From Eledone cirrhosa (Eukaryota): DNA of 64,000 nt. The stretch's first letter is position 1, and every line of letters begins with the position of its first letter. The position numbers were made by a program, and so were the translations under genes. The notes below the pieces were generated by a model. That model was not told where the DNA came from. It saw only the letters and a program-made list of their open reading frames with translations, and did not search any database. Below are positions 16,080 through 29,960 of the stretch, one piece after another. The stretch spans positions 1 through 64,000 of the forward strand of contig CAXHJY010001663.1 in NCBI GenBank assembly GCA_964016885.1. Reading direction: 5' to 3'.

Positions 16080-18572
16080 AACAGCATCTCTCCACTTGTG
16101 TTCCTTCATCATCTCTTTGTGAGACTCAGTGATTTGAGCTCAGCTGTCACCACGTCTGCCTTGGTCTACTTCTACTGCAGCTTCCTTCCAATGGCATTTC
16201 CTGGTACTTCTTCACCCACTGATCATCCATGCACATCAAATGCCCATATCAATGCAGTCTTCTCTCTTACATACCACTTTGGATTCCTCTTAAACCCTAT
16301 TTCTTCCTCAGTTCATCCAAGCTCTACTTTTCTCTCATATTTACATTGCACATCCAACGAAGCATGGTTGCTTCATTTCTCTCCTGCCTACTCATGTCCT
16401 CTGCAGTCACTGCTCACGTTTCATTACCATGCAGTATCGCACAGAGGTGTCATACAGTTATCCTTTTGTACAAAGGAAAGAAGCCTTTTGTTGTCAACAG
16501 TGGGTGTAGTCCTCTAAACTTCTTTCACCCTATCCTTATTCTAGTTATGCTCTCAGAGCAGCCTCCTCTGCTGCTAATAAGGTCACCTAGATAGCAGAAG
16601 CTATTAATCGCTACTATGGATCCTTCATGTGATTAGAAAAGATTTATATCACTGACGCTCTTCCCATTGATAACCCCTGCGTATCTTCAACATCCAAAGT
16701 CTTCCCTTCCTGTTACTTGTTATCTCACTACATCGTTTAGGGGTTATGCCCACTCTTTTCTACATATTGAGCCAGGCTACATCCCTGAAAAAATCAGAGT
16801 CATATCTTCTTTCTTACTTACTAGTACTTTAGTTTTGGCTAAGCATACTCTCAGCCTTTTTGATTCCAAGTTCTGTTTCCATAGTCAGAACTCATTCTCT
16901 AGTTCTTTTATGGATTCAGCTAAAAGGACCAGACCATCCACATAGAAAACTTCCCATGGTCAGCCAGTCTTAAACTCCTCTTTTATGGCCTAGAAATATA
17001 TGGTGACCAGCAGTGGGCTAAGAACTGAACCCTGATGAACACCTACCTGCACCTTGAATTACTCACTAAACTCATTTCATACTCTCACTTTACTGACAAT
17101 ACCCCTGTATATGGCTGGCACTTTTCTCACAAGCCATACTTCTACATCTAATTTTCTTAAGAACCACTTGATAACAGGACGAGGTACTCTGTCAAAGTCC
17201 TTTTTCTAAATCAACAAAAGCTAAATATAGTGGCTTATTTGTGGCTAGGAACTTCTTAGTTGTCTTAATAAGAAGAGGGCACCTGTAGTACTTTTCCCAG
17301 GTTCAAAACTAAACTGCATCTCATCTAATTTGACTCTTTTCCTAATTAGCTGTGCTATAATTTTTCTGCCACTTTCATAATTTGGTCCATTAATTTTATT
17401 CTTCTGTAGTTGCTGCTTTCTAAAGCATCACCTTTACCCTTGTAGCAATTTATGATTGTACTGCTGTGTCAGTCATTGGGGATGACTCCATCCTGTATTA
17501 CCTGATTGACGAGCAGGTTACTATTTTGGCTCCTACTTCTCCCAATGCTTTCAGCATATCTGCAAGTATCTCTGATGGTCTCGCAGTTTTGTTATTCTTC
17601 ATCTCCTTGGTTGCTTCTTTGACCCTATAACTCAACTTCAATAGCTGTTCTCTCTGCGGGGTAAGTTGGGCATAGTCTTTTTTTCTCCCAGTCATTCTCT
17701 ACATTTATCATCCTCTCATAGTAACCATTGTGAGGCTTTATTCTTTTGAGCACAAATGGTGCTAAATGCACCATTGTTATTTCTAACACAAACATCCTGA
17801 TTCACACTGACACACTTCTTTGCAATGCGGAACACTTTATGTCCCTGATCCTCATGTCACAAGACATTGGTAAACTTTCTTTCTTCAGCCTCTTTTCAAG
17901 CTATATACCTGTCATCTAGCTTCTCTCTTAGCTACCTTGTACTGGTCTCTTATAGCCCCCATTTTTTTCAGCCTTTCTATGTATCTCTTGGCTTTAATGG
18001 CTCTATCTACTGTGCTGTTCCACTGCCACATCACACTTGTTCTGGCTGCCGCTTTGCTCCAGCCACAAATCTCGTCAGTAGTTTGCAAAAGGTTGTCATG
18101 TAAGAATTTCCAATTATCCCCTATGTTACATCAGTTGCATCGCATAGGGTCTTCCTAAATCTATATATAACAGAAAGGTCCTTTAGCTTCCAAACCTTCC
18201 ATTTCCATATTCTCCTGCGTGTCTTGTTCTCTTCTGTATTTATACTGGTCACTGATAACTAACTTGTGTTGGGTGGTACATTCTTTCCTGGGGAAGGCCT
18301 TAGCATTTATTACTGTCCATCTATCTTGTCTTACAAGTAAAAAAAATCACCTGATTGGTATGAGATCAGATGGCTGGCCAGATTCCTGAAATTTGTGGTT
18401 AGTTTGTTTGCATCACAGAATTCCAAGATCCTCACTCCTTCTACATTTCTTGAGCCTTAAGCAGAGCCGCCATGAACTCCAGTGTATCTATCCTCGCACT
18501 GTCCAACATGTCCATTGCAGTCACCTGCCAAGATGATGTCTCTTTCATCAGTAACTGAGGTTGTCTGTAAAG
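16080..18572 (-). mobile_element. Old degenerate RTE LINE
   Basis: Colinear homology to copy A from the APE GD.NGH region to the C-terminus, with many stops. Confidence 0.88.
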
Positions 18573-18586
18573 GTTCCTCAGTTACC

Positions 18587-18710
18587 TTTCCTGAAGAGAC
18601 TGTGCAGATAATTTGATGTATTATCAGTGTGTTTTACATCGATAATGCAATTATTTATAATTTTTAATGTTAATTGTAATTTTATCTGCACCAATCGAAA
18701 CACGTCAAAA
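18587..18710 (+). ncRNA. Hammerhead ribozyme with ~100-nt extended stem II
   Basis: CTGAAGA (18591), G...C-closed stem with GTGCAGATAA/TTATCTGCAC, then GAAAC-AC-GTC (18697-18706). Stem I is weak. Confidence 0.65.
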
Positions 18711-19300
18711 TAAATGTTGATTTGATATATATCTTTAGTTAACTTTCTCTAATTTTTGTCTTCAATTATCCTAATCTGACACAATGTCTCAACATGGAGT
18801 ATTTCAACTTGCATGATTGCTGATAATTGTTACATTGAGCTTATCCATATCTTGAACTTAAGTGGATACTTCCATTTATAATACAATTCTTTAGATTGTG
18901 TGTGTGTATGTATTTATATATATATATATATCCATGTACTTTTCCATGTTGAATTGATTTACATGTCCCTGCCTCCAATATGTCATCCTTGATACACCTT
19001 ACCTGCATACAAGCATGAAAGCTGGACATGCTTTACATCTGATCTCCCAGAATGCCATTGCCACAAGAAGAAGCAACCAGTCCACCCTGTTAGATGGTTG
19101 TTTTGGTGCCAGAATAAAAAGCACTCAGGCCACACTGTAACATGGTTGGTGTTTGGAATGATATCCAACTGTAGAAACCAAGTCAAACTACATATCTCTA
19201 TGAACAAGTTGTCTCTGGATTTGACTTGTCTTATAATGTAACAACCTATTGAAAAATAGACATTAAAAGTTGATGGTGATGATGTATTCATATAAATATA

Positions 19301-19830
19301 TCATCATCATCATTTAACATCCATTTTCCATGTCTTCCTGGGTCTGCCTCTTCCACGGGTCCCAGTCATCGAGGTTTCTCTGAATTTTTTGTATGCAGCT
19401 GCTATCTTCCATACACATCACATGTCCAGACCAATGCAGTTTTCTCTATTGCACACTGCATCCAATTCCTCTTATGCTAAATCTTTCCAGTTTGCTTATG
19501 CTATGTCACTCATGCACACTAACATTATACATCCATCAGAGCATACTAGATTAGTTTCTTTCTAGCCTCTAGAGTGATCAAAGCCCATGTTTCACTGCCA
19601 TGTAGCATTGCAGTTCACACACATGCATCATATAGTCCCTCCTTCTGAGAGAGACAAGCCCTTTGTTGTTTGTAGCAATAACAGTTCTCTAAACTTCTCC
19701 CAGCCAGTTCTTATCCTAGCTATCGCATTTTTTGTACATCCTACTCTACTGCTAATTTGATCATCTAGATAACAAAAGCTATCAACTACGACTTTCCCTG
19801 ACAACTGAAGGAATCGATTCTTTCTCACTT
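19301..19830 (-). mobile_element. Old RTE 3' fragment
   Basis: (CAT)n tail; SFCYL...RIRTGWEKFREL. Confidence 0.75.
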
Positions 19831-19925
19831 CCTCTCTATCACTACTCCTCTTCTATCTTTGATGGTTTTGTAGCTTTTCTTGACTAAATGTTATTACTTG
19901 TGTGCTCTACAATGTTAGTCTAAGG

Positions 19926-20229
19926 CAGGTGTCTCAAACTCAGGGACTCAAAAAGACCATTTTGTCCAGAGAGGAGAGGCACATTGGGCCAAATTTGAGA
20001 TGATCTGGAGGTGGGCATGATTTCCAGTAGCTATAATATTTATTTGCAATACAGCTGATAGGCTGCTATTTATTATTACTTTTCATCAAAATGAATACAC
20101 ATGATAGTAAGTGGAATATGTGAATTAGTACAAAATGTATGGGGCCACATTTTCTGTTTAAAATTTTCCTTAATTATTCACAAAAATTCTTCTGCCCCAT
20201 GTCATGGAAAAGTAGTTTGTGACTCCTTG
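19926..20229. mobile_element. Old hAT (Charlie-type) MITE
   Basis: CAGGTGTCTCAAACT ... AGTTTGTGACTCCTTG termini; imperfect 8-bp TSD GTCTAAGG/GCCTAAGG. Confidence 0.6.
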
Positions 20230-21477
20230 GCCTAAGGCAACATGAAGATGTTTTAAGTGAATCTATCTGAATCTTCATGGCTGGCATAGGAAGATTACAA
20301 AATGGGGATGAAAGAAACTGTGAAGGGAATAATGCTTTTTTGTAGAGTTAGCATTGATGTATAAAAGAGCAAGTTTAATCCTTTCATTCTTCTTTTTAAC
20401 CTACTGGAGTTGTAAGGGTGCCATGGTGACATACAGTGTTTCATAGGCCTTTTTTTATCCTAGCAGAGCTCATCTCCTCTTTAATCCTTCCATTACCATA
20501 TTTCTTATGAAAGCTCTGTGATTTTTAATTCATTTTAAAAATAAGCAAGAATTTGAAGGGATTTAGTAATGTACCTGACTTTCTGATTATTAAGCTGGTG
20601 TCTGGAACATAACTTAACAAAGGTTCGTACAGAATAGTTTTTAGATAAATTAATGCATAATAAAGATGGTTGATAGGAATCGCATCCAGCAGTAGAAAAC
20701 CTGCCAAACAAATGGACTGGAGGACTTGTCAGCTGTGCAGAGATGACAACTTCCCTAGTGCTGGTGTGGTGATTAAATGTACTCAGTAGAGTGTGGGTTT
20801 GTATATAAGTGAAATGCAGGTCCTGGCTCATTTGATAAGTCAGTAGCTATGCTTGAGTACTGGATCAATTTGTGAAAACCCATCCAATTCGTACTAACAG
20901 GGAAAGCAGACATTAACCCTTTAGCATTTAAACCGGCTGTATCTGCCCAGAATTCTCATCTTTTTCTGTTCCAACTGGCCATAACCAGCTGCTCATACTT
21001 ATGTTAAGGTATTTACAATAGCCTTTAGTTGACTTGTGCCTTGTGAGTGAAATTGGGTAGACAGAAACTGTTTGGAAGCCTAAAGGGAGGACTGAACTTA
21101 TAATTCAAAGAGTTAACCTTGTCATGCTGAATCATCATCATCATCATTGTTTTTATGTTGACTTTTTCATGCTGTGGTGGGTTGGACAAGACTCTTTGAG
21201 GCAATGAATTATAGCCACATACCCTTCAGGACACCAACCCATTTAGTCACTTTTTTCTAAACACAGGAATGCAGTGTACTTGTTCTAAACCAGAGACAGT
21301 CAGATCTCCTTGAGAATTACATTACTGGTACATATATCTGGAATGCTCAGCCACCTATACATTAATTTCTTGAGCAGACTGTTCCATTGATCGAACAACA
21401 GGAACAGTCATCGTCAAAGCTGACAAAGGTTCATCCTGGTTGTTTGTGTAACTACATGGGAACAATTGTTTGTTTAA

Positions 21478-21714
21478 CCCATTAGCATTTAAACTGGCTG
21501 TATCTGGCCAGAATTCTCTCACCTCTTTTTTGTTCAAACCAGCTGCAACCAGCCACTCATACTGATGTTAAGGTATTGTTCTCAAAATAAATATCAAAAT
21601 CTCAGATTCAATATTATGTAAGATAATTAATATTATGTAAGATAATTAATATTATGCGAGATAATTACCACAAAAATACAATAGTATATATAGAGTAATG
21701 TAAATGCTGAAGGG
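21478..21714. mobile_element. piggyBac-type MITE (TTAA target)
   Basis: TTAA-CCCATTAGCATTTA...TAAATGCTGAAGGG-TTAA. A partial copy starts at ~20916. Confidence 0.75.
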
Positions 21715-22728
21715 TTAAATACATTGGAATTCTCTTTTTTTATATATACATTTCTGTTAGTACTCCAAGGTTTATGATGATTAGCTTGAGCATCTGTGGG
21801 GGAGAATGTGAATTAGGAGGAAAATTCTCGAGGATTGTAGTTTTGGGTAGGAAGTGTTAGATGTACTGGTTAGTATGGAGGCTGTGAGAGAGACAACTGA
21901 ACTTGAGTGGTGATGGTATACAGCTTAGATATGTCACGTGGAAGTAGTTGGTGATAGGAAGAGCATCCAGCCATTAAAAAGATTCTCCAAAAAAGGATTA
22001 AGAAGACTCTTCATTTGTGCCATAGACATGATAACCTTCCGAGTTTTAGTAGTCTACATGATAAATGACTACCCAGTACACTCTGTAAATTGGTTGGTGA
22101 TAGGAAATGCATTTGATCATAGAAAGCTTGCCAAACAAAGAGTCAGAAGGATTCTTCAGCTGTGTCAAAGACATAACTCCCCTAGCGATAAAATGCACTC
22201 ACTAGAGTGTGGGATCATATGTTGGCATACCCTAGCCTACGTCTAACCCTAGCTAGCCAGGAAAACGGATATTAAATGATGATGATAGAAGATAGTATAC
22301 AGCTTAGTTCGGGGGGAAAAATTGTTTGACTGATAAAATGTATACAAATTAGATAATTCAGATGGAAGGGCATCCAGCCGTAGAAAACCCGCCAGACAGT
22401 CCTATACGAGCAGGACAACCAATCTTGCCTCAAGTGGGAAAACTCCTGTCCAAACCCATGCAAGCGTGGAAGTTGGACGTTAAACAATGATGATGATGAT
22501 GATGATGATTGCTCTCAAACAATGGTTGACTGGTTAGAAGAGGGTAGTTATCTGACTAAAAACCTCTTATGTAAACAACATGAGAATATACAAACAAAAT
22601 CACCTTCAACTTATGTTGGTAAAAGAAGGAGCAAGAAAGAAGGGACAACAAATATTCATTGAATTATATGATCAAGTTGTTTCATTCTAGAGTCAACCAT
22701 AAATATCTGAACTACTAAGTAAAATGAA

Positions 22729-22760
<32 letters not shown>

Positions 22761-22764
<4 letters not shown>

Positions 22765-23310
22765 AATGAAAATAGACCGAGAAACGGGACTGTCCATCAT
22801 CAGTAGTCTGCTGATTATCATTGGTACTTCTTCGCATTAAAGTCTAGATACCTCAAAATCAGTGCGAGCGATAACTAAAATAAGTTATCGGAACAGAGCG
22901 AATTGGAAGGGGAAAGTAAACAAACAACATGGTAGTAATGCAACGTAAAGAGAGGAAAAGAGAGACAAGTCAATGAATCTTGTGGACTTAAGTCCGAACA
23001 AATCAATCGACAAGAAGAAGCAGACACGTCCGAACCACGCAAAAAGTGAGAGAAAAGGATTTCACACAGGTCAGACGGGAGGAAGTGAGAGAGGGGGAGT
23101 AGCAGAGAGTGATGAAAGTGAGGAAGAGGCCAGTCGAGAGTGTGTGACCAGCAGAGGGGGTGAAAGAAAGCAAGAGGTACAAGGAGAGAGAAAGAGGATA
23201 GCAGTAAGGTGATAGAAAATATACAAACCACAGCGAGAGGAAAAAATTATATGTGAATGAAAAAATGGCATGCTGCGTTGTTGCGGGTGTGATACATATG
23301 AATGAAAATA
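22761..23310 (-). mobile_element. Probable Penelope-like remnant with terminal direct repeat and disrupted hammerhead
   Basis: AATGAAAATAGA at both ends; abuts (TA)n; CTGATGA-TGGACAGTCC on the minus strand at 22787-22803. Confidence 0.5.
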
Positions 23311-25160
23311 GAAAGTTACAGAAAGAGTCATTGTACAGCTGATTGGGGAGAGAATTAACCTAGATGAGATGTAATTTGGATTTGTGCCAGGAAAAAGTAC
23401 AACAGATGCCCTCATCTTTGTAAGGCAACTGCAGGAGAAGTATCTAGCTAAAAGCAAACCCCTCTACGTAGTATTTGTCAGCCTTGAGAAAGCTTTTGAC
23501 AGGGTCCTCCATTCTGTAATCTGGTGGGCTCTTAGGAAATTTGGAATAGAAGAGTGACTAGAGAAGGCAGTGCAAATCATCTACAGTAATGCTGTCAGCA
23601 AGGTTAAAGTTAATGACTATAGCAAGGAGTTTAGTGTTCAAGTTGGGGTCCACCAATGCTCCATCCTTAGCTCTCTTTTGTTTATTATCGTCCTCCAGGT
23701 TATAACAGAAGAGTTTAAAACAGGATGCCCATGGAAACCTCTGTATGCTGATGACATAACTCTCATAGCTGAATCTATGGCAGAACTAGAGAAAAAAATT
23801 CCTGACCTGGACACATAACCTGGAATCAAAAAGTCTTAAAGTCAATTTGGAAATACTAAAGTTCTAGTAAGTAGTAAGGAAAACATGGCCCTACTCAGTG
23901 TGTAGGGAAGGAGGAGGTAGAATTTCCATCCTTTGTTCCAAATGCCAGCTATGGGTACACAAGAGATGTAGTGGGACCTCAGGCAGATTAACTAAGAATG
24001 TAGGTTTTACTTGTGGCCGTTGCACAGGAGCAGAAAGTAACAAACATTCATAAGAAACAAGTGCTTGGAAGGTTCCATAGAAACAGTAGACAGCTTCTGT
24101 TATCTGGGTGACCAAATTAGCAGTGGAGGTGGGTGTACTGAAAGCAGTAGCCAGAGTGAGAATGGGATGGAAAAAGTTCAGGGTGCTACTACCACTGCTA
24201 ACTACAAAAGGATTTTCCCTCAAAATAAAGGGCAGATTGTATGATACTTGTATAAAAACAGCAATGTTGCATGGTAGTGAGACCTGGGCTCGGTGTGCAG
24301 AGGACCTGCAAAGATTGGAAAGAAATGAAGCTGGCATGCTTCGATGGATGTGTAATAGTTATATACATGTATGGCAAAACATAAATGAATTGAGAAAGAA
24401 ACTGGGTATAAGAGGGATCAGATGCAGTGTGCAGGAGAGGAGATTGCATTGGTTATGGACATGTGATGTGTATGAAGGATGACAGCTGTATAAAAAGGTG
24501 CAGCATGCTCAAAGTCGATAGAAGCTATGGAGTAGAAAGACTTGGGATGAGCTGATAAAAGCAGACCTTGCTTAATTACACCTCTTGGGGGTGGTGACAC
24601 AGGATTGAGATATCTGGCATTATGCAGTAATACCGAAAACTCACCTACCCCATGTGCACAGGATGAAGCATACATCTATTATGCACTAATTTCTCTTACC
24701 CCCCCCCCCCCCCCCCCCTCCCCTCCATATACCTCCCATGCCCTAACATTTTATCCACATCCAAACACCCTACCCTTCATTGACCCCCCTCTCCACTAGA
24801 GCTACTGCTCCAATCCCAATATATCTCCTTCATCACAGACCCCAGTCCACACTGTAAAGTGGTCATTTTGGTGCCACGACAAAAAGCACATAGTCTACAC
24901 TGTAAAGTGGTCGTATTGGTGACATGACAAAAAACGCCCAGCCCACACTGTAAAGTGGTTGTGTAGGTGTCACAATAAAAAGCACCCAGTACACTCTGTA
25001 AATGTGTTTGGCATTAGGAAGGCCATTCAGCCATAGAAACCAAGCCCAAATTAGTTCTGTATGAGTAAGACATGGTCACCTGATCTGGCTTGTCACACAA
25101 CGGGACAACTTGTCTAACCCATGTTAGCATGGCAAAATAGATGTTAGATGATGATTATGG
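23311..25160 (+). mobile_element. Degenerate RTE LINE, 5'-truncated, with 3' UTR
   Basis: KVTERVI through YADD and the PHD finger to the C-terminus; 3' UTR with tandem CACACTGTAAAGTGGT units and a TGA tail. Confidence 0.88.
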
Positions 25161-27571
25161 TACACACACACACACATATATATATACAAACACATACGCA
25201 CGCACATATATATTCATATAGATATAATTGAATAAACAAGAAAGATGAACACTAATATAAACATACATGTGTTCGAATTGTAAGGACCAAATTTGCTAGG
25301 GTGAAAAAATACTAACTACAGCAATATAGTTTATCCTTAACTTTAAATATTAAATTAAATACCTATATTGGGCAAAAATGCCTGGTAACAACTAGACAGT
25401 GTTGGAGACTGTTTTACAACGACTTATTAAGTGAAGTTCTCACGTTTCTCTGTTCATCAGTAGTTGTTGAGAAATTAGTGATCCTTTCACGTCTAAAAAT
25501 ATTAGAGAATGAATTGTGTACGATATGAATTATCGCACGTGTCATTCGTAACCCAGCTTGTCTTGAAATTCCCTGTCGCTAAAAATAGCAGCCTGGCTGA
25601 CAGAACAATAAAAATTAGCTCTCAGACTTTTTAAAAATAAGTACTGGGTTTAATCATATCGACTCAACCCCCCTTGAAGGTGGTGGAGCTTCAGTATGGC
25701 TGTAGTCTCAAGACTGGAATCAGTAAAAGAAGAAAACATATTTTTATTCTTATATTGATTAGCTGTTTCCTTTAAAAGCAACTAAGTTTATCATTGTGGC
25801 TTCTGGCTAGTTAAAATGGGGGGAAAAAAAAAAAGAAATGAAGTTTACAACTCGCACATATATAGGTTTAGCTGGTCTCAGGTTGTATCTCAAAGGAAGT
25901 CTCTTGGGTGTTTTAATGATATGGGTCCCATTTTTATCATGTTGTTACTGCTTACAGCTACATAAGTCTTCCAACAACTGTATATATCTTGTCTGAATTA
26001 GTACTGCCACTTGTATTTAAGCAGTAATACAATCTACACATGCAGGTCACCAAAACAGATCTTTTTCTGTTGTTTGTAGACTACCAACCTAAATGTCAAT
26101 GCCCTTCACAAATGGGCAGGTTTCATTTAGGTCTCACCTGTTCAGTGACAAAAAATAGCCCAACTGTGAAGGCATACGGCCTAGCAGTGTTAGATTCAAA
26201 ACCATAAGGTCGTAGATTCGACATGCTGTTTTTTTTTCTCTCTGTATCTTCTATTACTAGTACAAGAATCTTTCCTTCTGAACTATCTTAGCTGCTCATC
26301 AACTTCTATTACCCAGACAATAATCTTTATACTTGTGGCAGAGGTTTTAGAGCATCAGTATTTATTCCAGCTTTTTACATTGTGTTCAAATGTCACTGAG
26401 GTCACCTTTCATCCTTCAGGTGTCGATAAAATAAAGTACCAGTAATTTATTAGGGTCGATTTAATCAACTTTTCTTTCCATATAAATGATTGGCCTTGTG
26501 CCTATGTTAAAAACTATTGTAACAACATTTTTTTCCCCTGAATTATCTAAGCTGTGTACAATCTATCATCATTATCAACATCATCGTTTTTATGTTCACC
26601 TTCAATGCTGGTGAGTGTGATGTTTTGAGACAATATTTTACAGTTGAATGCGCTTCCTGATACTAACCCTTTTAAGTGCCTCTTACATGTACATTTTACA
26701 ACATGTACCTATTCAACCTATGTTTGTATACATATATGCATATTTATACATGTTTGTACATATATATGCATGTACATACATGTATATACATATACTTCTT
26801 TCCCACTAGTCTTGTGGGCACTGCCCTTTCTCTTGATTAAGCAATAAAAAAAAAAAGAAGACTAGCTTGATATCTAAATTTTTAAGAAATGTGAGAGGGT
26901 AAGTAGAAGTTGTGACATATATGCCTTTTTCAACAAGATTAACTATGTAATGTGATATAAATGAAGTAAAACTGGGTTACCAAACTTGACATGCCAGAGG
27001 CTTACTACATTCTGTGTTATAGTACTCATCATGCATATACATTTACACATACACACTTTCCATACAGACACATACTTACCATACACATACACACAATCGT
27101 CATCATCTTTATCATCGTTTATATGTCTATTTATCTATGTGTTGAATGAGGTCTTTATTCTGGTAGGTTTATTTACAATCAGATGCCCTTTCTGTGCTAC
27201 CATACATTCTATTCCAAGCATGGTGTATGTTAATGCTGCTTGCCAGCCTCTACACTACAGGATGTATTGTTTATGGAGAATATAAACAACTATCACTGCA
27301 GGCAGTATAAGGAAATGTTGATGATGTAGATATGACATTTATGGTGTGGCAACTGGCTTACACACACGCACGCGCGCGCGCTCCAATATAGTTACTCTAT
27401 TTACAAAAAAATAGCAGCCAAATATTCAGGTCACACCCTATTCTGAAAAAAAAAGGAAAGGACACTTTGAACAATGTAAGTTCTGGATATACAAAAAGAT
27501 AGGATGGTCACAGCTGGAATGCTTTCGATTTTAGGTCAGCTTGATCAGGGCTGACCTACAGATATGCTCTT

Positions 27572-27603
<32 letters not shown>

Positions 27604-27890
27604 ACACACCACACACCACACACACACAAGAGAGCCTATGTTAAGTGCGAATGAAACTGGGAGCAGTATGTCGAGTCGTGGGTAAATGTCAATGTTTATG
27701 TTGGAGGTAAAGTGTATAGAGATAATTGAAATGTAATCCTTGTTTCCTGCTGTGATGTCACCCACGCAGATGTTGTGTGACATCTTTGTGAATTTACATA
27801 TATACATGTATCTACATATGCTCTCTTTTATTCTTTTAGTAATTTAAGTTGTTAAAATGTAAACATTTGTAGCACCATTCTGGCAATATA

Positions 27891-27964
27891 CAGGGTGTCC
27901 CCCAAAAATGTACACACACTTCAACAGCATTCTAATAAATATGTGTATACATTTTTGGAACACC

Positions 27965-27967
<3 letters not shown>
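27891..27967. mobile_element. 77-bp Tc1/mariner MITE
   Basis: TA-CAGGGTGTCCCCCAAAAATGTACACACA...TGTGTATACATTTTTGGAACACCCTG-TA. Confidence 0.8.
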
Positions 27968-28012
<45 letters not shown>

Positions 28013-28015
<3 letters not shown>

Positions 28016-29922
28016 GTATACCAAGTCATACAGAATGGGGTTGTTCCGAAGGACTGGCGTAGCAGTATCATCGTTAACTGTTACAAGGGTAAAGGAGACG
28101 CCCTAGATAGGAGTAACTATAGAGGCATTATATTAATCGACCAGGTCACGAAGGTCACGGAAAAAGTAATAGCGCAACTAATCAGAGAGAATTGATCTAG
28201 ATGAAATGCAGTTCGGGTTTGTGTCAGGCAAAAGAACCACAGACGCTCTTTTCATTGTACGACAACTACAGGAGAAGTACCTAGCTAAAAGTAAACCCCT
28301 ATACTTAGCTTTTGTCGACCTGGAGAAAGCCTTTGACAGAGTCCCCCGTTCCATTATCTGGTGGGCTCTTAGAAAACTAGGTGTTGACGAATGGCTTGTG
28401 AGAGCTATACAAGCCATGTATAAAGAAACAGTCAGCAAGGTTAGAATTAACAACGAATATAGCGAAGAGTTTAGCGTAAAAGTTGGTGTTCATCAGGGCT
28501 CTGTTCTTAGCCCCCTACTATTTATTATTGCCCTTCAGGCTATAACAGAGGAGTTCAAGACCGGCTGCCCATGGGAACTCCTATACACAGATGATCTAAC
28601 GCTCATAGCTGAATCAATGGCCGAGCTAGAGAAGAAATTCCAAACATGGAAGCACGGCCTAGAATCAAAAGGCCTTAAAATTAACCTGGCTAAGACTAAA
28701 GTTCTAGTTTGTAGGAAAGAAAATAAGGCGCCGGTCCCTTCCAAGAAATGGCCATGCTCAGTGTGTAGGAAAGGCGTAGGTAGAAACTCCATTTTATGTC
28801 CCAAATGCAAAGTATGGGTGCATAAAAGATGTAGTGGGATCACAGGTAAGCTAACTAAGAACATAGATTTTACATGTGGCCGGTGCTCTGGTGAAATAAG
28901 TAGCAGCAAGTGCCCACAATTTCAATTGCGCAGAGGGTTCTATAGAAATAGTGGACACCTTCCGTTACCTGGGTGACAAAATCAGCAGTGGGGGAGGGTG
29001 CTCTGAAAGTACAGTAGCTAGAGTCAGAACTGGATGGAAAAAGTTCAGAGAGCTTATACCACTATTAGCCGCTAAAGGGTTCTCCCTAAAAATGAAAGGC
29101 AGGTTGTATGATGCCTGCATACGAACAGCAATGTTGCATGGCAGTGAGACCTGGGCATTGTGTGCAGAGGATATACGCAGACGAGAGAGGAACGAAGCTT
29201 GCATGCTCCGCTGGATGTGTAATAGCAATATATGTGAACGGCAAAGCATAAACGAACTAAGGAAAAAATTAGAAATAAGAGGGATCAGATGTTGTTTACT
29301 CGAGAGAAGGCTACGTTGGTACGGTCACGTGATGCGCATGAAAGACGACAGCTGTATAACAAAGTGCAGGGCAATAAAGATAGACGGTAGCCACGGAGTA
29401 GGCAGACCCAGAAAAACCTGGGACGAGCTGATAAATTCCGACCTCACACACTTGCACCTCTCCAAGACAATGTCACTGGACCGAGACCTTTGGCGGTACT
29501 CAGCAATAGAGAAGACCCGCCTTACCTAAATACAAAGTAAAACCTACTACAGTCAGTAGGCATCTCTAACAAAATACACCCCCGTCCCACCACCCCATCC
29601 ACACCGCCCCTTTCAATGTAAAGTTATGTTGGTGCCGCGCCATCCAGCCCGAAACAAATGAGATCGTGTAGGTGTCACGACAAAAAAACACACAGTCCAC
29701 GCTGTAATGTGGCCGTGTAGGCAACACGGTAAAAACCTCCCAGTCCCACACTGTAAATGTGGTTGGTGTTAGGAAGGGCATCCAGCCGTAGAAAACCCGC
29801 CAGACAGTCCTATGCGAGCAATGACAACCATTCTTGCCTCAAGTGGGGAAAACTCCCGTCCAAACCCATGCAAGCGTGGAACATGGACGTTAAACGATGA
29901 TGATGATGATGATGATGACGAT
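28013..29922 (+). mobile_element. RTE LINE, same young subfamily as copy A, 5'-truncated
   Basis: ORFs 28206-28976 and 28951-29529 are nearly identical to copy A; YTDD replaces YADD; (TGA)n tail; 5' end lies in (TA)n. Confidence 0.95.
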
Positions 29923-29960
29923 GGTGGCGGGGGCGGCTATATATATATATATATATATAG

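Noticed and set aside
21125-21135. ARE-like TGCTGAATCAT
   Set aside because: It overlaps the (CAT)n tail of an RTE stub, so it is likely coincidental.
25415-25470. CTGATGA-ACAGA-GAAAC on the minus strand
   Set aside because: Only 5 nt separate the core halves, so no stem II forms, and stems I and III need bulges; chance or heavily deleted.
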